From NCBI GenBank assembly GCA_963827815.1, contig CAWHCL010000010.1:128482-192481 (forward strand): DNA of 64,000 bases, written 5' to 3'. A program made the translations under genes and the position numbers. This DNA comes from an uncultured Verrucomicrobiae bacterium. Its GTDB lineage: Bacteria; Verrucomicrobiota; Verrucomicrobiia; Limisphaerales; UBA11358. Under the pieces are notes generated by a model. The model was not told where the DNA came from, made no database searches, and saw nothing but the letters and a program-made list of their open reading frames with translations. Positions 1 to 12,721 of this stretch are shown piece by piece; the first letter of the stretch is position 1; each line of letters begins with the position of its first letter.

Positions 1-131
1 ATCAGCAAATCGCCGCCGCACACCAAAGCTATGCCCGCACTGTCATAGCCGCGATATTCCAGCCGCCGCAATCCTTCAAGCAGGATGGGCGATGCTGCTT
101 TCTTTCCGACGTATCCAATGATGCCGCACAT
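1..131 (-). CDS. glmS: glutamine--fructose-6-phosphate aminotransferase, N-terminal fragment (gene runs off the left edge)
   Basis: Reverse translation from the ATG at 131..129 gives [37 protein letters not shown]. This is the Cys2 class-II glutamine amidotransferase N-terminus typical of GlmS. It is too short to appear in the ORF track. Confidence 0.8.
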   Translation of the reverse strand, partial: MCGIIGYVGKKAASPILLEGLRRLEYRGYDSAGIALVCGGDLL

Positions 132-141
132 AAATTTAAAG

Positions 142-237
142 TAGGGCAGGCGTCTCGCCTGCCACCGTCGGTAAAGCCGACGAACCATTTCAATATCGCG
201 CTGATGCACTCGCTGGGCAGACGGGACGCCTGCCCTA
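142..237. repeat. Inverted pair of a REP-like palindromic unit (TAGGGCAGGCGTCyCGyCTGCC)
   Basis: 142-163 tagggcaggcgtctcgcctgcc. The reverse complement of 215-237 is tagggcaggcgtcccgtctgccc. Each unit is itself a short hairpin (ggcaggc/gcctgcc). The pair lies between glmS and the gmhB-like gene, and the same core recurs at 11583-11654. Confidence 0.6.
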
Positions 238-783
238 TTTTGATTGTTTCAAAATCCACTCCGCCGCGCCGTTCAAATCGTCCACGATTGCGGCGCGCGT
301 CAGTTTGCCTGGTTCCGAGCGTTCAAGTTCCGCGCCGTAGCCGGTGCGGACGAGGATGGACTGCTTCACGCCGGCATTCCAGCCGCATTCCAAATCAATC
401 AGCTTGTCGCCAACCAGGTAGCTCTGCGCCAAATCCAAGCCGAACTCATCCCGCGCGTCGAACAAAAACTGCGGCGACGGCTTGCGCCCACGGCTCGGCG
501 CATCCGGCTTTTCCGGCGCGATGTAAATTTTCTCAAATTGGATTCCATCGCGTGCCAGTTCGTCGCAAAGGCGCGCGTTGACACGGTCCACGTCAGCCAT
601 CGTGAAGTAGCCGCGCCCTACACCGGACTGATTCGACACGATGAAAAGTTTGAAGCCCGCGCCGGTCATCCTTTTCAAGCCAATTGGCGTGGCGGGAAAG
701 ATTTCAACATCCTCCGGGCGGCACAAATAATTCTTTTCGGCAATCATCGTTCCGTCGCGGTCAAGGAAAGCAGCCCGATTCAT
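235..783 (-). CDS. gmhB: HAD-IIIA phosphatase, D-glycero-D-manno-heptose 1,7-bisphosphate phosphatase-like
   Basis: ORF 235..852 trimmed to the ATG at 783 ([13 protein letters not shown]...). It has HAD motif I (DRDGT), [10 protein letters not shown] and GRKPSPQ motifs. The Cys-rich Zn motif I associate with many GmhB proteins is not visible, so the exact substrate is uncertain. Confidence 0.7.
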   Translation of the reverse strand: MNRAAFLDRDGTMIAEKNYLCRPEDVEIFPATPIGLKRMTGAGFKLFIVSNQSGVGRGYFTMADVDRVNARLCDELARDGIQFEKIYIAPEKPDAPSRGRKPSPQFLFDARDEFGLDLAQSYLVGDKLIDLECGWNAGVKQSILVRTGYGAELERSEPGKLTRAAIVDDLNGAAEWILKQSK

Positions 784-860
784 CAGGCAAATTGTGGTTG
801 GTTTTTGACAATAATGGAATTGAATTCTTCCCGGCGCGCCCGCATCCTGCAACCCATCTT

Positions 861-2150
861 ATGACCACCAAAGGCAGATTGGGCATTTTAGTCGGGGGCG
901 GCCCGGCCCCGGGAATCAACGGCGTCATCGCCGCCGCCACCATCGAAGGCATCAACAATGGATTCGAAGTCATCGGTTTCCGTGACGGCTTCAAACATCT
1001 TGCGGCGGGTGACACCACGCAGATCAAGCCGCTGGCCATCCGTGATGTGCGGGACATTCATCTCAAGGGCGGCTCCATTCTCGGCACCGCGCGCACTAAT
1101 CCGACCAAGTCCGAGGAGCACATGAAAAATCTTTTCACGGTGTTTCACAAGCTCGGCATCACCGCGCTGGTCACCATCGGCGGTGACGACACGGGGTTTT
1201 CCGCCAGCGTTGTCCGCAAGCGTAGCAATGGCGAGATCAAGGTCGCCCACGTTCCGAAGACGATTGACAACGATCTGCCGCTGCCAGGCGCGACGCCGAC
1301 GTTCGGTTTTGAAACAGCGCGGCATTACGGAGTCCATCTCGTGCGCAATCTGATGGAAGACGCCCGCACCACCTCGCGCTGGTATCTCATCATTTGCATG
1401 GGCCGCGCGGCGGGGCATCTTGCGCTCGGCGTCGGCAAGGCGGCGGCGGCGACGCTCTCCATCATCCCGGAGGAATTTCACAAGCGGCAGGTGACGGTGG
1501 ATGAAGTATGCGACATCATCATCGGCTCCATCATCAAGCGCCGCGCCGAAGGTTCGCAATACGGCCTCGTCGTCCTCGCCGAGGGTTTGATCGAGGCAAT
1601 GGGCGAGCAGGGTTTGATCAAGGCTCTGCCTGAAGGGGAATTAAGCCGCTACGGCAAGGTGCTGCGCGACGATCACGGCCATTTGCGCCTCGGCGAAATC
1701 GAGTTCGGCCGCCTGATGAAGGATCTCTTGAGTGCGCGCCTCGAAAAGCTCGGCGTCAAGACGACGTTCATTGACAAGGACCTCGGTTACGAACTGCGTT
1801 GTGCCGACCCGATTCCGTTCGACGCCGAATACACCCGCGACCTCGGCTACGGCGCGGTGAAATTCCTGCTCTCACCCGAGGCGGATAAATATGGCGCCAT
1901 CATCAGCTTCGTGGACGGCAAGATGAACCCCCTCCAGTTCGAGAAAATGCTCGACCCCAAGACCGGCCGCATGCAGAACCGCAAGGTGAACGTGGACGGC
2001 GAGTCCTTCGAATGCGCCTGTGCCTACATGATCCGGCTGGAGCGCGAGGACTTCGAGGACGTCAAGAAACTCGCCAGGCTGGCTGCCGTCATCAAGGTGA
2101 CACCGGAACAATTCCGCGCGCAATTCGGCTATCTCGTCGGCGTGAAGTAA
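861..2150 (+). CDS. pfp: 6-phosphofructokinase, probably pyrophosphate-dependent
   Basis: ORF 684..2150 trimmed to the ATG at 861 (MTTKGRLGILVGGGPAPGINGV...). It has the PFK motifs TIGGDDT and PKTIDNDL. The Asp in GGDD and the Lys before TIDND are the residues linked to PPi rather than ATP use. Confidence 0.85.
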   Translation: MTTKGRLGILVGGGPAPGINGVIAAATIEGINNGFEVIGFRDGFKHLAAGDTTQIKPLAIRDVRDIHLKGGSILGTARTNPTKSEEHMKNLFTVFHKLGITALVTIGGDDTGFSASVVRKRSNGEIKVAHVPKTIDNDLPLPGATPTFGFETARHYGVHLVRNLMEDARTTSRWYLIICMGRAAGHLALGVGKAAAATLSIIPEEFHKRQVTVDEVCDIIIGSIIKRRAEGSQYGLVVLAEGLIEAMGEQGLIKALPEGELSRYGKVLRDDHGHLRLGEIEFGRLMKDLLSARLEKLGVKTTFIDKDLGYELRCADPIPFDAEYTRDLGYGAVKFLLSPEADKYGAIISFVDGKMNPLQFEKMLDPKTGRMQNRKVNVDGESFECACAYMIRLEREDFEDVKKLARLAAVIKVTPEQFRAQFGYLVGVK

Positions 2151-2163
2151 AATCAACTTCCTC

Positions 2164-2203
2164 AAACGGCGGCGGAAGCAATTCTGCCGCCGTTTGTGCT
2201 TTT
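2164..2203 (+). terminator. Rho-independent terminator candidate downstream of pfp
   Basis: Perfect 10-bp stem aaacggcggc (2164-2173) / gccgccgttt (2186-2195), followed by gtgctttt. Confidence 0.6.
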
Positions 2204-2273
2204 CGGTGTGGCGAGCGTCCTCGCGAGCCGAATCTTTCGTGTATTTCGTGTATTTCGCGGTTAAATTATCTCC

Positions 2274-2918
2274 GTGAAACCGCTCGCTGAATGCAAGCTC
2301 TACACCTTCGTTGACACGGCTTATTTGAATGGCCGCACTCCCGAACTTGTCGCGCAGCAGCTTTGCGATGGCGGTAGTGATTTGATTCAGCTCCGCGCAA
2401 AAAAATCTTCACCTGACGAAATTCGTGCAATGGCCGAAAAAATCCTACCCATCTCCCGACGCGCGAAAGTGGGCCTTATCATCAACGACTATCTGGAAAT
2501 CGCTCGCGACCTTGGCGCGGAATTCTGCCATTTGGGACAGGAGGATTTCTTTGACGCCGGATACACCCATATATCCCAGATCCAAGACGCCAGGCCCAGG
2601 ACCTTGATTGGTCTTTCGACGCACTCGCCCGAACAGGCAAAACGCGCGCTGGCTGCAGAACCGGATTACATCGCCATCGGACCGGTGTTTGCGACGGGCA
2701 CAAAGCCGACCGCCAAGCCCGTGACACTCGACTACGTCCGCTGGGCGGCGGCCCCGCAAAGCGGGGTGACCGCCCCATGGTTTGCCATCGGCGGCATCAA
2801 TCTGGAAAATCTGGACGACGTTCTGGCGGCGGGCGCGAAGCGCGTTTGCATCGTCTCCGCTATTCTCAATGCGCCGGATGTAACCAAAGCCTGCGAGGAA
2901 TTCCGGCGGAGGCTTTGA
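2274..2918 (+). CDS. thiE: thiamine-phosphate synthase
   Basis: 214 aa with a GTG start. Motifs: LIQLRAKK, GLIINDYLEIA, IGLSTHS, DYIAIGPVFAT.TK, FAIGGI. Confidence 0.85.
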   Translation: MKPLAECKLYTFVDTAYLNGRTPELVAQQLCDGGSDLIQLRAKKSSPDEIRAMAEKILPISRRAKVGLIINDYLEIARDLGAEFCHLGQEDFFDAGYTHISQIQDARPRTLIGLSTHSPEQAKRALAAEPDYIAIGPVFATGTKPTAKPVTLDYVRWAAAPQSGVTAPWFAIGGINLENLDDVLAAGAKRVCIVSAILNAPDVTKACEEFRRRL

Positions 2919-2950
2919 GGCTCGTTGATTGGAATCAAAGAATGTAACGC

Positions 2951-4807
2951 ATGAAATTCCTCCTGCCATTGCTCGCTGGCATTGTCCTGCAAACCGCCGC
3001 GGCGGCGCCGAACGAGACGCACGTCTGGGAAAAAGTGGAGTTGACGTTCCACGCGGAAAATGAATACACGAATCCTTACACGCAGATCATGGCTTGGGTG
3101 GATTTGAAGGGATCTGGATTTGACAGGCGTTGCTATGGTTTCTGGGACGGCAGCAATGTATTCCGCGTGCGCGTTCTCGCCACCGCGCCTGGCAAATGGT
3201 CGTGGCGCAGCGGCTCGAACCAGAAGGATTCCGGTTTGAACAACCAGCGCGGCAGCTTCACCGCCGTCGCATGGTCCGAGGCCGAAAAGGAATCCGTGCC
3301 CACGCGTCGCGGGCTTATCCGTCCAACCGCCAACGGCCACGCGTTTGAATACGCCGATGGCACACCCTTCCTCCTTCTCGGCGACACCTGGTATGCGGCG
3401 ATGACGTTTCGGTTCCCGTGGAATGACGATGACCAGCCGCGCCCCATCGGCCCGGAAGCCGGATTCAAGGATTATTTGCGCCTGCGGAAAAGTCAGGGCT
3501 TCAATGCCGTCGCCATTATTGCCGCTTTCCCGAACTGGGCCAACGACGGCCAGCCGTGGGAAGTCTGGCTGGATCAAAAAGCCGACCTCGGCATCCGCTC
3601 GGCGTGGGTGGACCAGGGCGACATCGCCAATGATTTCCCGCGCGGCACCTGGCGCGCGAAGGACATGACCAACGAGGGCGGACGCGCGTTTTTTCTGCCG
3701 GGCAAAATTCCGGGCTACGAACAAATCTATCCCGACGTGGACCGCCTCAACCCGGAGTATTTCCAATACATGGACCGGAAGATTGATTACCTGAACACGC
3801 AGGGATTCATCCCTGTCATCGAAGTCGCGCGGCGCGACCTGACGTCGGCATGGGCAAAGTATTACGAGTGGCCTGACTCTTACAGCCGATACATCGAATA
3901 CATCTGGAGCCGCTATCAGGCGAACAACTGCCTCTACAGCCCGGTTCATTACGATTATCCTGTGATGACCGCCACCACGAAGCAACTCAACCAGGCCGCC
4001 AACCGCGTCATCGAAAAATTCGGCCCGCCGCCGTTCGGCACGCTCGCCTCGTGCAATGCCTCGGTGTCCAGCCTGCTGGACTTCGGCGGGACGAACGAAA
4101 ACCACTGGCTGACATTCCACCAGATCGGCAACCTGCGGGAGCACGACGCCTACTGGTATCTTACCGAGATATTCAATTCCACGCCGCCCAGGCCCGCGTT
4201 GAACGGCGAACCGTATTATTCCGGCATGGCCGATAAACGCTATTCGCCGCCCTACAAGTACGGTGCGACGGGCGGGACGACGAACGATGACCGCGACGTG
4301 CGCTCCGGCATCTACGGCAGCTTCCTTTCCGGTGGCCTGGCCGGGCACATTTACGGCGCGGAAGGAATTTGGGGCGCGGACATCGAGCCAGGCTCGAATC
4401 CACTCATGTGGGAGGCGTTCCAGTGGAATTCGGCCAACATGATGCAATATCTAAAGACCTTCGCCTTCTCGGAAGGCCGGCGTTATCAGGATTTGGTTCC
4501 GGACGCGAACCTGGTTTCACCAAGCGAAACGTCGGTGACCAAGAGTTTCACCGGGTGGGCGTATTGCGCCCGCACGCCGGGGAAGGATTTTTTCCTCGCC
4601 TACTTTGAAAAGGATTACCCGGCGCACGGCATGATCCGCGGAGCGCTGCCGCAGTCCGACTATCGGGCGCAATGGTTCGACCCGCGCACCGGCCAATGGT
4701 CGGCGGCGGGCGTCGGCCTTTTGCGGGCAAACCAATGGGGCTGGATCCAACTGCCCGATTTCCCCTCCGCCGATGATTGGTGCCTGAAACTCACCTTGTC
4801 AAAGTGA
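2951..4807 (+). CDS. secreted glycoside-hydrolase-like protein (DUF5060-type beta-sandwich + DUF4038-type TIM barrel)
   Basis: Signal peptide MKFLLPLLAGIVLQTAAAA. N-terminal WEKVELTFHAE..NPY...GFWDG..FRVR..P...G.W.W, then GHAFEYADGTPFLLLGDTWY. The family assignment is from memory of those domain signatures. Confidence 0.6.
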   Translation: MKFLLPLLAGIVLQTAAAAPNETHVWEKVELTFHAENEYTNPYTQIMAWVDLKGSGFDRRCYGFWDGSNVFRVRVLATAPGKWSWRSGSNQKDSGLNNQRGSFTAVAWSEAEKESVPTRRGLIRPTANGHAFEYADGTPFLLLGDTWYAAMTFRFPWNDDDQPRPIGPEAGFKDYLRLRKSQGFNAVAIIAAFPNWANDGQPWEVWLDQKADLGIRSAWVDQGDIANDFPRGTWRAKDMTNEGGRAFFLPGKIPGYEQIYPDVDRLNPEYFQYMDRKIDYLNTQGFIPVIEVARRDLTSAWAKYYEWPDSYSRYIEYIWSRYQANNCLYSPVHYDYPVMTATTKQLNQAANRVIEKFGPPPFGTLASCNASVSSLLDFGGTNENHWLTFHQIGNLREHDAYWYLTEIFNSTPPRPALNGEPYYSGMADKRYSPPYKYGATGGTTNDDRDVRSGIYGSFLSGGLAGHIYGAEGIWGADIEPGSNPLMWEAFQWNSANMMQYLKTFAFSEGRRYQDLVPDANLVSPSETSVTKSFTGWAYCARTPGKDFFLAYFEKDYPAHGMIRGALPQSDYRAQWFDPRTGQWSAAGVGLLRANQWGWIQLPDFPSADDWCLKLTLSK

Positions 4808-5000
4808 CTCTTTGTTCGCCGCCTGCCGCTGCTGAAAGCGAACTCGCCTCCGGTCAAACGCTAAGCGTCTTGGAGTGCGCCAACCCTCTGGCGCTTTGGA
4901 ATGGAGGTTTGCCTGCTGCACCTGCCCGACGCCAAGGGCCTGCCGACGTTGTGATTTTTTTCGACATCAAGCCGCCTATGGCGATACTTCATAGGTTGAA

Positions 5001-6137
5001 ATGAACAGCAAAGAATATCTAGCTTGTTTAGATGAATTCCTGACTGCCGAATGTGAAACGGCGAATCTCAACTACAAATCCAGTTTTGACCCCAAATCGA
5101 AACGTGATTGGTGCGAGTTGTTAAAAGATGTGGTCGCAATGGCGAATAGCGGTGGTGGCGTTATCATTGTTGGCATAAATGACGATGGTTCGCAGAGCGG
5201 ATGCCAGATCCAAGGAATGCTCGATTTGGATTCTGCTGATGTATCTGACAAAATCAAAAGCTATACAGATTGCGTTTACTCAGATTTCAGAATTGTGTCG
5301 GCAGAACTTAAAGGGAAATCGGCGGGGTGTTTTGTATTGGGTGACGCGCAAATTCCAATGATTTTTACACGGCCAGGCACTTACCCGACTGACGGTCCCA
5401 AACAGCAAGAAACAGCATTTGGCCGAGGGACAATCTATTTTCGTCATGGTGCTAAAAGCGAAACTGGAACGGCGGAAGATTTGCGAATATGTGTCGAACG
5501 TGAAGTTGAACGGTTACGAAGTGCTTGGCTTGAGAATGTGAGGGAAGTTATCGAAGCTCCGCCAGGATCACATGTCGTAGTTATGGCCAGTTCAGGAGAT
5601 ATCACTAGCGAAGGGCGCTCCGTTCGTTTAACTACGAATCCAGAAGCTCCACTTGTGCGCGAGCTTGACCCTAACCAAAGTCACCCTCACCGGCAAATGG
5701 ATGTTGCTCGGAAAGTGACTGAAAAGTTGGGCTCAAATCATTCGGTCACGCGCTATGATGTCTTTTGTGTGAGAAAAGCTCGCGATATCGAAAATATGCC
5801 TCAGTTCTTTTATAAGCCAAAGCATTCTTCTGGGCAATTTAGTGATGAATTTATAGATTGGTTCGTTGACGAACATAAAACGAATCCCGGTCTAGTTGAG
5901 GAGTCAAAGCTACGACTTAAGAAACTAGGAGGATCATATTCTCATCTTGCGTCTAGCGATCAACGTCTCCAGAAACTTGAGGTATTCATGAAGAAAAATG
6001 GTCTGAGTAATTCAACGCTTGCACAGAAGGTTCGATTAAGCCAGACGACTATCAGTCAGCTTCGCAGCGGCAAATATCCGGGTGATGTAGAAGGTGTATT
6101 CAAGCGTATCGAAGAATTGCAAAAAGCAGAGGGCTAG
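5001..6137 (+). CDS. AlbA_2 (Schlafen-like) domain protein with C-terminal helix-turn-helix
   Basis: 378 aa. The N-terminus ...WCELLKDVVAMANSGGGVIIVGINDDG... matches the AlbA_2 'divergent AAA' core. The C-terminus LSNSTLAQKVRLSQTTISQLRSGKYPGDVEGV resembles MuB/XRE-type HTH segments. The gene is visibly AT-richer than its flanks. Confidence 0.55.
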   Translation: MNSKEYLACLDEFLTAECETANLNYKSSFDPKSKRDWCELLKDVVAMANSGGGVIIVGINDDGSQSGCQIQGMLDLDSADVSDKIKSYTDCVYSDFRIVSAELKGKSAGCFVLGDAQIPMIFTRPGTYPTDGPKQQETAFGRGTIYFRHGAKSETGTAEDLRICVEREVERLRSAWLENVREVIEAPPGSHVVVMASSGDITSEGRSVRLTTNPEAPLVRELDPNQSHPHRQMDVARKVTEKLGSNHSVTRYDVFCVRKARDIENMPQFFYKPKHSSGQFSDEFIDWFVDEHKTNPGLVEESKLRLKKLGGSYSHLASSDQRLQKLEVFMKKNGLSNSTLAQKVRLSQTTISQLRSGKYPGDVEGVFKRIEELQKAEG

Positions 6138-6160
6138 ACAATTGTTTGGGTGGCCTAAAT

Positions 6161-9554
<3,394 letters not shown>

Positions 9555-9558
<4 letters not shown>

Positions 9559-10340
9559 GCGAAAACCAGGACATCCCGGCCATCGAAATGCGCGGCATCA
9601 GCGTCGCTGCGATGCTCGATGCTTCATTCATCGTCGTCGAGGATGTGAACTGGTCGGTGGCGGCGGGCGAGTTCTGGGTGATCGCTGGCCAGGAACGTTC
9701 TGGCAAAAGTGATTTACTGATGCTGGCCGCCGGTCTAATGCCGCCAGCCGAGGGCAGCTATAAACTGTTCGGCAATGACACGGGTAATTTTGGCGAGGCG
9801 GAACTGGCCGAGCGATTGCGCGTGGGGTTTATTTTTCAAGGCGGACATCTTTTCAACCAGTTGACTATCGCCGAAAATGTTGCGCTGCCGTTACAGTATC
9901 AAAAGAATCTGACGTTCGCGGAGGCGATGCGCGAAGTGCGGGTGCTGCTGGAATTAATGGAACTCGCGCCGCTTGCGGACGTGACCCCGTCGAACATCGC
10001 AGCCAACTGGCGGCAGCGAGCGGCGCTCGCGCGGGCGTTGATCCTAAAGCCGGAAGTGCTGCTGCTCGACAATCCATTGAGCGGACTCGGCGCGCGGCAT
10101 TTGCAATGGTGGCTGCGCTTTCTCGACCAGTTGTCGCGCGGTCACGAGCAGCTCGGCGGCGGGGCGATCACTTTGGTCGCCACCGCTGATGATTTGCGTC
10201 CCTGGCAGAACGTGCGCCGGAAATTTGCGTTGCTGCGTGACAAAAAATTCATCCCGCTGGGCTCATGGAACGAAATTGAAACGGCCAATGATCCCATCGT
10301 AAAAGAATTGCTGGCCGTTCAGGTTGAGACGACAATCTAA
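9555..10340 (+). CDS. MlaF-like ABC ATPase subunit with degenerate catalytic motifs
   Basis: P-loop GQERSGKS and a Q-loop are present. However, the signature position reads SNIAANW (not LSGGx), Walker B is followed by Asn (LLLLDNP, not DEP), and the H-loop position reads VATAD. The start overlaps the mlaE stop by 4 nt. Confidence 0.75.
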
Positions 10341-10346
10341 AAAGTC

Positions 10347-11582
10347 ATGGCACTGCAAGATTTGACCCCGCAACTGCGCACGCGCTTGAGCAGGATGGAA
10401 CGCGCCGTGGGCTGGTTTGTGTTTCTGGCGACGGCGCTGCTGGCCTTCGGCTTCGGTTATTACATCTATCATACGGCGGAACGCAAGGGCTGGTTCGTCA
10501 TCAAGGCGCCATTTCACACATATCTCCAAAGCTCGGCCGGATTGAATCTGGGCGATCCGGTTTTCATGATGGGCTTTCAGGTCGGACAAATTACTTCGGT
10601 GCAGCCCAGACCGCCGCGCGACCCGCACAATGTCGAGGTGGATTTTGAAATCCGCGCCCCGTTTTTCCACTACCTCTGGACCGACGGTTCTTATTTGAAG
10701 GTGAACGCGGCGGATTTTCTCGGCAAACGGCAGTTGGAAGTCACGCGCGGCACGAACGGCTATGCGCTGGTCGTCACCCAGCCGGTTTTCGTGAAGACTG
10801 TTGACGAATTGAAACAACTGGCGACTGGGCAACCTGGCCAATGGCAACTTTCGCAGGATGTCTTCAACGCGGATTCCAATCTGGTCTTCGGCGCATACAC
10901 GGTGCTGGATGAATCCAATTTGCAGGTGCTCGCGGCAATGAACCTCGCATCTAATTCCCTTTACGCCTACAACAACCAGGAGAAGGACGATCATCACATC
11001 GTGGCGTCGTGGGATGGGCGGTATCACCACTACAAAATTTTCCAGCCTGGCGACGAAACCGCCTGGATGCGCGCCGTGGAGGCGCCGCCGGTTTCCGACC
11101 AGTTGCAGGCGATGGTCTCGCAGATTCAGACGGCGCTGCCAAACGTCCTCGCGCTGACCAATAAAATCGGTACGGTACTGGACAATGCCGCGAACGCGAC
11201 GTCAAATTTGAACGTCACCCTTGTCGAGACGCGGCCAATGCTCACGAACTTTGCGCTCATCAGCGCGCAACTGCGCGAGCCGGGCGGCCCGATGGTCTGG
11301 GCGCTGGGCACGAACGGCAACGACCAGTTGCAAGGCTCGCTGACCAACGTCAACTCGCTGCTCGGCCACACGGACACGAATATCACCGCACTGCTCATCA
11401 ACCTCGCCAATATCACCAGCAACCTAGATATGCAGGTGCAGGCCAACTCGAACATCTTGAGCAGCGTGTCCAAGATTGTCGTGGACACTGACGACTTCGT
11501 CCAGGGGTTGAAACGGCACTGGCTGTTCCGCTCCGCGTTCAAGACAAAGGCCACCAACTCGCCGCCGGTGAAATTAAAGTAA
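10347..11582 (+). CDS. mlaD: MlaD/MCE-domain protein
   Basis: N-terminal TM helix, then an MCE domain (LNLGDPVFMMGFQVGQITSVQ...VEVDFEI...) and a long Asn/Leu-rich helical C-terminal region. It is the third gene of the mla-like operon. Confidence 0.75.
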   Translation: MALQDLTPQLRTRLSRMERAVGWFVFLATALLAFGFGYYIYHTAERKGWFVIKAPFHTYLQSSAGLNLGDPVFMMGFQVGQITSVQPRPPRDPHNVEVDFEIRAPFFHYLWTDGSYLKVNAADFLGKRQLEVTRGTNGYALVVTQPVFVKTVDELKQLATGQPGQWQLSQDVFNADSNLVFGAYTVLDESNLQVLAAMNLASNSLYAYNNQEKDDHHIVASWDGRYHHYKIFQPGDETAWMRAVEAPPVSDQLQAMVSQIQTALPNVLALTNKIGTVLDNAANATSNLNVTLVETRPMLTNFALISAQLREPGGPMVWALGTNGNDQLQGSLTNVNSLLGHTDTNITALLINLANITSNLDMQVQANSNILSSVSKIVVDTDDFVQGLKRHWLFRSAFKTKATNSPPVKLK

Positions 11583-11654
11583 TGCAGGCGTCCCGCCTGC
11601 ACAGGTGAGCGCCCTAGAAATTTTTTCCTCGAGCGGCAGGTGGGACGCCTGCGC
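11583..11654. repeat. Inverted pair of the GCAGGCGTCCCGCCTGC REP-like unit between convergent genes (likely bidirectional terminator structure)
   Basis: 11583-11601 tgcaggcgtcccgcctgca. The reverse complement of 11633-11654 is gcgcaggcgtcccacctgccgc. The pair sits exactly between the mlaD stop (11582) and the epimerase stop (11654). Confidence 0.6.
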
Positions 11655-12607
11655 TACTTTTGACTCTTCCGAAACCAATCCGCAAACAGTTTGATGCCCG
11701 CTTCAAATTTCACCTGTGGATTGTAGCCAAGCTTCGCGCGAGCCTTGGAAATGTCTGCGAACGTGATGGGTACGTCGCCGGGCTGGAGCGGCTGCCGGTC
11801 AATCACAGCCTTATTGCCGAGCGCGGCTTCGAGCAGTTCAATCATCCGAGCCAGCGAAACCGTTTCCGATTCGCCGAGGTTGAAAATCTCAAAACCGAAT
11901 TCCTGCTTCGTGCAGGCGATGATGCCGTCCAGCGTGTCCGTGATGAATGTGTAATCGCGCGCCGCGCTGCCGTCGCCGAAGACTGGAATCGGTTTCCCCG
12001 CCGTCATCAGCTTGGCAAATTTGTAAATCGCGAGGTCAGGCCGCTGCCGCGGGCCATACACGGTGAAGAACCGCAGCATCGCCACGTCCATTTTATAAAT
12101 ATGATGCCATGTGTGGCCGAGCGCTTCGCACGCGAGCTTGCTCGCGGCATAGGGCGAAATCGCGGAGAAAATCGGGTCGCTCTCGCTGAACGGCACCTTC
12201 GAGTTCACGCCATAGACCGACGACGACGACGCGATGGTGATTTTCTTCACGCCGTTCTTGCGCGCCGCTTCGAGCACGTTCACCGTGCCCTCGACGTTCA
12301 CGCGCTGGTAAAGCGCCGGGTCGGCGAGGCTGGGCCGCACGCCCGCGCGCGCCGCGAGATGGATGACCTGGTCGAATTTGACCGAGGAAAATATCTCGTC
12401 GAGCGCGGCACGATCCGTGATGTCGCCGTGGACAAATTCAAACGGCTTGGCGAGCGATTGGATTTCGCGGAGATTGCGCTGCTTGAATTGCGGGTCGTAA
12501 AAATGGTTCAAGTCATCGAAAGCCCATACGTTATGGCCGTCGTTGAGGAGGCGTTCGCAAACGTGCGAGCCGATGAAGCCCGCGCCGCCGGTGACGAGAA
12601 AATTCAT
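11654..12607 (-). CDS. NAD-dependent nucleotide-sugar epimerase/dehydratase (UDP-glucuronate 4-epimerase-like)
   Basis: 317 aa. Rossmann motif VTGGAGFIGSH and the SDR catalytic YAASK. Confidence 0.8.
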   Translation of the reverse strand: MNFLVTGGAGFIGSHVCERLLNDGHNVWAFDDLNHFYDPQFKQRNLREIQSLAKPFEFVHGDITDRAALDEIFSSVKFDQVIHLAARAGVRPSLADPALYQRVNVEGTVNVLEAARKNGVKKITIASSSSVYGVNSKVPFSESDPIFSAISPYAASKLACEALGHTWHHIYKMDVAMLRFFTVYGPRQRPDLAIYKFAKLMTAGKPIPVFGDGSAARDYTFITDTLDGIIACTKQEFGFEIFNLGESETVSLARMIELLEAALGNKAVIDRQPLQPGDVPITFADISKARAKLGYNPQVKFEAGIKLFADWFRKSQK

Positions 12608-12721
12608 GGCCAGACGCTAACAATCACGGAGCGGGGTGTCGAGTGCAGGCAATTTAAGGGAATGATATTAGGTAGCAGTTAACCCCGCAATCCTCGTCGG
12701 ACTTTCGCCTGTTTTTTTGGC

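Noticed and set aside
684-860. N-terminal 59-codon extension of the phosphofructokinase ORF
   Set aside because: It overlaps the gmhB-like gene on the other strand. The conserved PFK N-terminus (GILVGGGPAPGINGV) begins right after the ATG at 861.
244-864. 206-aa plus-strand ORF overlapping the gmhB-like gene
   Set aside because: It is antisense to a gene with clear HAD motifs, and its translation has no family features.
2151-2273. Possible TPP riboswitch upstream of thiE
   Set aside because: I found no CTGAGA / ACCTGATCTGGATAATGCCAGCG-like core. The interval is accounted for by the pfp terminator hairpin and a TTCGTGTATTTCG repeat copy.
2732-4447. 571-aa ORF on the minus strand
   Set aside because: It is entirely antisense to the well-supported glycoside-hydrolase-like gene. 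It is Arg/Gly/Ala-rich with no recognisable motifs, which is typical of a shadow ORF in high-GC DNA.
11660-12682. 340-aa plus-strand ORF
   Set aside because: It is the antisense shadow of the epimerase gene, which has a Rossmann motif and the YxxxK catalytic pair.
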